From positions 1-60,930 of the IMG/VR virus record IMGVR_UViG_3300010357_002195: 60,930 nucleotides of DNA, one strand, 5' to 3'. The translations under genes and the position numbers were made by a program. The DNA comes from a virus. Numbering within the stretch: the first letter of the stretch is position 1; every line of letters starts with the position of its first letter. Positions 57,408 through 60,930 of this stretch are shown here, piece after piece. Under the pieces are notes generated by a model. The model had not been told where the DNA came from and made no database searches. It saw only the letters and a list, made by a program, of their open reading frames with translations.

Positions 57408-57632
57408 TTGATTATCAATACTTTAGAATTTTCAAATGGCAATATGTGGCAGATTATGAAAAATGTTGATGCTGTTATAATTACGGAAGAAAAATCTCAT
57501 CTTAATAGTGTTTCTATTGAATGCCCTCATTGCCATGCTACCGGGTTTCAAATAGAATTAAATGAAACTTATCCCAATAATTGGAAGGAATATAAATGTA
57601 AGGTTTGCAATAGACGATTTATGAGTAAATGA
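57408..57632 (+). CDS. Small zinc-ribbon protein
   Basis: CPHC...CKVC. Confidence 0.55.
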   Translation: MIINTLEFSNGNMWQIMKNVDAVIITEEKSHLNSVSIECPHCHATGFQIELNETYPNNWKEYKCKVCNRRFMSK

Positions 57633-57895
57633 AAAATCCCATGACAGAAAATTTAACCAAAGATCTCTTAGAGGATGTTATATTTTGGGAGAAACATACC
57701 GAGATTTATCAGTCATTGGAATCTTTTATTAGAGAAAGATATAAGGTAATCCCAAAAAATCCCGAGAAGAAAGGAAATAGAGATGGTGTAAGATTTCTTC
57801 TTGAAACTATCTGTGAAGCACGGATAGAATCATCTGACAAATTAAGGTATCTTGAACCTGAACTTACAGAAAAATTTATAATTGAAAAAATATGA
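57629..57895 (+). CDS. Hypothetical protein
   Basis: Overlapping junctions. Confidence 0.5.
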   Translation: MKNPMTENLTKDLLEDVIFWEKHTEIYQSLESFIRERYKVIPKNPEKKGNRDGVRFLLETICEARIESSDKLRYLEPELTEKFIIEKI

Positions 57896-58368
57896 AAAGA
57901 AAACTTGTCATTTATTTAATTGGAAGTCTCCGAAATGAAAAAATCCCTCATATTGCTAAGGAAATTAGGGAATTAGGATTTGAAGTTTTTGATGACTGGT
58001 TTTCTCCTGGCCCTGAAGCAGATGATTTTTGGAGAAAATTTGAAAAGGTAAGAGGAAGTTCTTATAAAGAAGCTCTTAGCAATTATGCGGCAAAGCATAT
58101 TTACAATTTTGATAAAAGCCATATTGATCGAGCAGATATTGGAGTATTATTTATGCCTGGGGGAAAAAGTGCTCATCTTGAATTAGGTTATATGATCGGC
58201 AGGGGAAAAAGATGTTTTGTTTTGTTTGATAAAGAACCCGAAAGATGGGATTTAATGTATCAATTTGCTATGGAAAATGAAGGGGATATTTGTTTTTCTA
58301 TGGATGATTTGAAAAAATCTTTGAAGGATGCAAAGGATCTTTTTGATTTGAAAGAAACTTTAAAATGA
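57892..58368 (+). CDS. Nucleoside 2-deoxyribosyltransferase-like protein
   Basis: IYLIGS, DKSHIDRADIGV and GKSAHLELGYMIG. Confidence 0.75.
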   Translation: MKRKLVIYLIGSLRNEKIPHIAKEIRELGFEVFDDWFSPGPEADDFWRKFEKVRGSSYKEALSNYAAKHIYNFDKSHIDRADIGVLFMPGGKSAHLELGYMIGRGKRCFVLFDKEPERWDLMYQFAMENEGDICFSMDDLKKSLKDAKDLFDLKETLK

Positions 58369-59006
58369 AAAAAGAAAATATATTATTCTTGGATTTTGAT
58401 GATGTCTTAAATTCAGTAAGATCTGTTTATAAGAAATTTTCTGAAGCCGTTGGGGTTGAATGGAAAGAGGAGGATTTTGATCCTAAATATTGGGGCCAAG
58501 GTAACCCGGACGAAATTAATCCGGATTTGCAGGAAAGGGTTCAAAAGGCTTATGAAGAATTAAGAAAGGATCCAAAATGGGAAATGCCTAATCTTTCTGG
58601 AGAATATTATCCTCATGATGAATTTGCTATTCAGAATCTTAATAAGATTGTCGAGGAGAATGAAGCAAAAGTAGTTATTTGTTCTTCCTGGAGATTGGGA
58701 AGGTCCATAAAAGAGCTTCAGGACATCCTTAATTCATGGGGAGCTAAATGCGAAGTAATAGGGGTAACTCCTAAAAAAATGAGTTCAACGAGGGGGGAAG
58801 AAATTTGGATGTGGATAAGAGATAATCATTCAAAAGTAAAAGCTATTTGTATTTTGGATGATTCCCTTTTTGATATTAGCCCTCTACTTGACGAATATTG
58901 TGTTCATGGAATAAAGGGACATCACCATGGATTAAGAGATATTCATATTCCATTGGCTAAAAAATGTTTTGAAACCCCGTTTAATTATAAGAAATATTCA
59001 AAATAA
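58365..59006 (+). CDS. HAD-superfamily phosphatase (RNA-repair-associated type)
   Basis: LFLDFDDVLN, VVICSSWR, RGEEI and ILDD. Confidence 0.8.
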   Translation: MKKENILFLDFDDVLNSVRSVYKKFSEAVGVEWKEEDFDPKYWGQGNPDEINPDLQERVQKAYEELRKDPKWEMPNLSGEYYPHDEFAIQNLNKIVEENEAKVVICSSWRLGRSIKELQDILNSWGAKCEVIGVTPKKMSSTRGEEIWMWIRDNHSKVKAICILDDSLFDISPLLDEYCVHGIKGHHHGLRDIHIPLAKKCFETPFNYKKYSK

Positions 59007-59033
59007 TTATTTTTTATTATTGGAAATTTTTCG

Positions 59034-59041
59034 TATATTTG
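59034..59041 (+). promoter_or_regulatory. Bacteroidota -7 promoter element
   Basis: TATATTTG 10 nt before the ATG at 59052. Confidence 0.55.
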
Positions 59042-59051
59042 ACCTTTAATA

Positions 59052-59168
59052 ATGGAAAAAATTATGAAAGACAAGATTAAAAAAACATGGGATAATTCTA
59101 AGGGGCCACTTTTTTTGATTTTTCTTGTTGGATTGGTTTTATTTGCAATGATTTATCCTATAGTATAA
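59052..59168 (+). CDS. 38-aa membrane peptide (not in ORF track)
   Basis: Basic N-terminus plus TM helix, with a TAATG overlap with the next gene. Confidence 0.55.
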   Translation: MEKIMKDKIKKTWDNSKGPLFLIFLVGLVLFAMIYPIV

Positions 59169-59776
59169 TGTCAATGATAATTTACAAAACCCGAAATAAA
59201 ATAAATGGAAAAATTTACATTGGACAGGATAGTTATGACAATCCATTGTATCTTGGCTCTGGTGTTTTGTTAAATAGGGCTATTTTAAAATATGGAATTG
59301 AAAATTTTGAAAAAGAGATCCTTGAAAAATGCGACACCCAGGAAAAATTAAATGAAAGAGAAATTTTTTGGATAAAAACATTAAATTCTCAAAATCCCCA
59401 AATTGGATATAATATTTCTCGAGGCGGCTCTGGAGGAGATACGATTTCTAATAATCCAAAAAGAGAAGAAATTTGTAAAAATCTATCGAAAAGGAATATA
59501 GAATTTTATAAAAATAAATCAAATCATCCATCCTTTGGAAAAATACAATCCTTAGAATCTAATCAAAAAAGAAGAAATGCGATTTTGGGGACAAAAAGAA
59601 GCAAAGAAACAAAGGAAAAACAATCAAAATCTTCTTCGGGAAAAAACAATTCAGCCTATGGAAAAATCTGGATCCATAACGGAACTGAAAATAAATTGAT
59701 TAAAAAACCCGATATCGAAAGCTATCTAGATAAAGGATGGAAAAAAGGAATGATATTTAAAAATAATCCCTTATGA
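59168..59776 (+). mobile_element. GIY-YIG homing endonuclease
   Basis: IIYKTRNKINGKIYIGQ, YLGSG and GYNISRGGSGG. Confidence 0.85.
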
Positions 59777-60240
59777 TGATTGATTATATTCAAAAAATGT
59801 TTAAACGTTCTTTTGAAAAGGAATATTACGAAACCTATTGGGCAATAGATCTCCATGGAACTATCATTAAACCTAATTATAAAGATGTAACGTATCCTGC
59901 AGAATACTATCCTTTTGCAAAGAAAGTTCTCCAACTCTTAACAAAGAGGCCAGATATAAAATTAATTCTTTGGACTTCATCTTTTCCCCATGAAATAGAG
60001 GAATATCTAAAGAAATTTGAAATAGATGAAATTCATTTTGATGCAGTAAATGAAAATCCCGGGATAAGTTCCAAAAATGGTAACTTTGGATTTTATGAAC
60101 AAAAATTCTATTTCAATGTTCTTTTTGAAGATAAAGCCGGATTTGACCCCGAGAAAGAATGGGAATTAATCTATGAATTCCTTATTGATTGCGAAAATGC
60201 TGGATGGCTTCCGAACCCTAAATGGACTACTAAATATTAA
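59773..60240 (+). CDS. HAD-like protein with non-canonical DxH motif
   Basis: WAIDLHGTI, LILWTS, VNENP and FEDKAGF. Confidence 0.7.
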   Translation: MMIDYIQKMFKRSFEKEYYETYWAIDLHGTIIKPNYKDVTYPAEYYPFAKKVLQLLTKRPDIKLILWTSSFPHEIEEYLKKFEIDEIHFDAVNENPGISSKNGNFGFYEQKFYFNVLFEDKAGFDPEKEWELIYEFLIDCENAGWLPNPKWTTKY

Positions 60241-60243
60241 GAT

Positions 60244-60444
60244 ATGATTAAAGGAAAAATATGGTTTTCCCCTGCTGGAAGTATGCCTCTTATTGGAATA
60301 GTAAAAGTAGAAAATAAGATGGGCGAAATAAAATACTATATTGGTACGGGCCTTGGGGTGAATGAAGAAGAGGATGCCCGGTATATTTCTATGTATGGAG
60401 CCCATTTTCCTTTCGAATCAGGAGAGAAATTATTTAACCTATGA
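60244..60444 (+). CDS. Hypothetical protein
   Basis: ORF in an operon. Confidence 0.5.
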   Translation: MIKGKIWFSPAGSMPLIGIVKVENKMGEIKYYIGTGLGVNEEEDARYISMYGAHFPFESGEKLFNL

Positions 60445-60740
60445 AAATTAATAAGAGACAACAGAAAATTCAGCCTCACATGCCTGATCTAACTCGGGTG
60501 GAAGGAGGAAAAAGCGTAAGCCTTCGTTTAGAAGATCTTATTCGAAATGCGAATAAATTTGATTGCGAAGGACTTAAAAGAGAGTTTTTCAAAATTCTGG
60601 ACGATCCTACAACAACCGTAAGCAAAGAAAAAATTGCTGAATACAAGGAGCATTCAAAAACAAAATACACCACAAAAGCCATGCTGATATTTATTACAAA
60701 TATCTATTGTGCTGGTGCAAATATGAGCTTAAAACTATAA
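60441..60740 (+). CDS. Hypothetical protein
   Basis: ORF in an operon. Confidence 0.5.
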   Translation: MKINKRQQKIQPHMPDLTRVEGGKSVSLRLEDLIRNANKFDCEGLKREFFKILDDPTTTVSKEKIAEYKEHSKTKYTTKAMLIFITNIYCAGANMSLKL

Positions 60741-60742
60741 TC

Positions 60743-60930
60743 ATGACACAAGATTTCATTCACGAATTTTTAGGTTTCCATCGGATTCCCTCTTCGTGCC
60801 GAGTACTAATGTTCTCAGATGATGGAGATCATTTTATTCTTTTCGAAGATATAGATGATGGTACTTCAGTCACGAATGCTTCGGAACAACTTGCAACAGA
60901 AATTGTTGAAAAGTTCAAATTAAATCCTGG
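60743..60930 (+). CDS. 3'-truncated hypothetical protein
   Basis: ATG at 60743, open to the window end (MTQDFIHEFLGFH...GTSVTNASEQLAT...). Confidence 0.55.
   Translation, partial: MTQDFIHEFLGFHRIPSSCRVLMFSDDGDHFILFEDIDDGTSVTNASEQLATEIVEKFKLNP

Noticed and set aside
264-60682. Many 60-155 aa ORFs antisense to or out of frame within longer genes (e.g. 264..503, 22331..22744, 29258..29617, 47167..48030, 49524..49989)
   Set aside because: They are shadow frames of well-supported genes or of repeats, with no independent motifs or start context.
1-60930. Stop-codon reassignment as seen in some jumbo phages
   Set aside because: Conserved enzymes are full length in code 11, and TAA, TAG and TGA all terminate genes.
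1-60930. tRNA, rRNA or self-splicing intron genes
   Set aside because: The intergenic gaps (8313-8461, 13203-13422, 22086-22222, 29927-30066) show no cloverleaf or intron core by eye. tRNAscan or Infernal would be decisive.
1-60930. Giant eukaryotic virus or bacterial chromosome origin
   Set aside because: gp32-, gp61-, UvsW- and gp3-like genes, an amidase endolysin and phage-type gene packing point to a T4-related bacteriophage.

Overview
AT-rich, densely coded 61-kb segment of a large T4-related (jumbo) tailed phage using standard genetic code 11. A Bacteroidota host is inferred from a Bacteroidota-type class II ribonucleotide reductase, TAnnTTTG promoter elements, A-rich starts without Shine-Dalgarno sites and a Bacteroidota-style secreted protein. 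Replication and recombination genes: gp32-like SSB, gp61-like primase, UvsY, UvsW, RuvC, NAD-dependent ligase and only the N-terminal half of a split family-B DNA polymerase. Nucleotide metabolism genes: ThyX, dUTPase, NrdJ with an HNH intein, GMP reductase, two deoxyribosyltransferase-like and four HAD proteins. The window also holds an amidase endolysin, a gp3-like tail protein and six free-standing putative homing endonucleases. The most striking unexplained structure is a ~20-aa peptide tag, [LIV]xE-S[LIV]NFERGxDPKxS[LM]xIG and variants. It occurs about 18 times in 9 ORFs, always heading an otherwise variable ~110-150 aa module, often in tandem polyprotein-like arrays. Many other genes carry short leaders ending in LxE, resembling T4 capsid-targeting/prohead-protease sites. 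These include a 2H phosphoesterase, a cupin, a HExxH peptidase and an ankyrin protein, and most lie behind a shared late-type promoter motif. Together this suggests a modular virion-cargo addressing system (inference). No tRNA, rRNA or CRISPR array was recognised. All calls come from manual motif recognition; no database searches were run.
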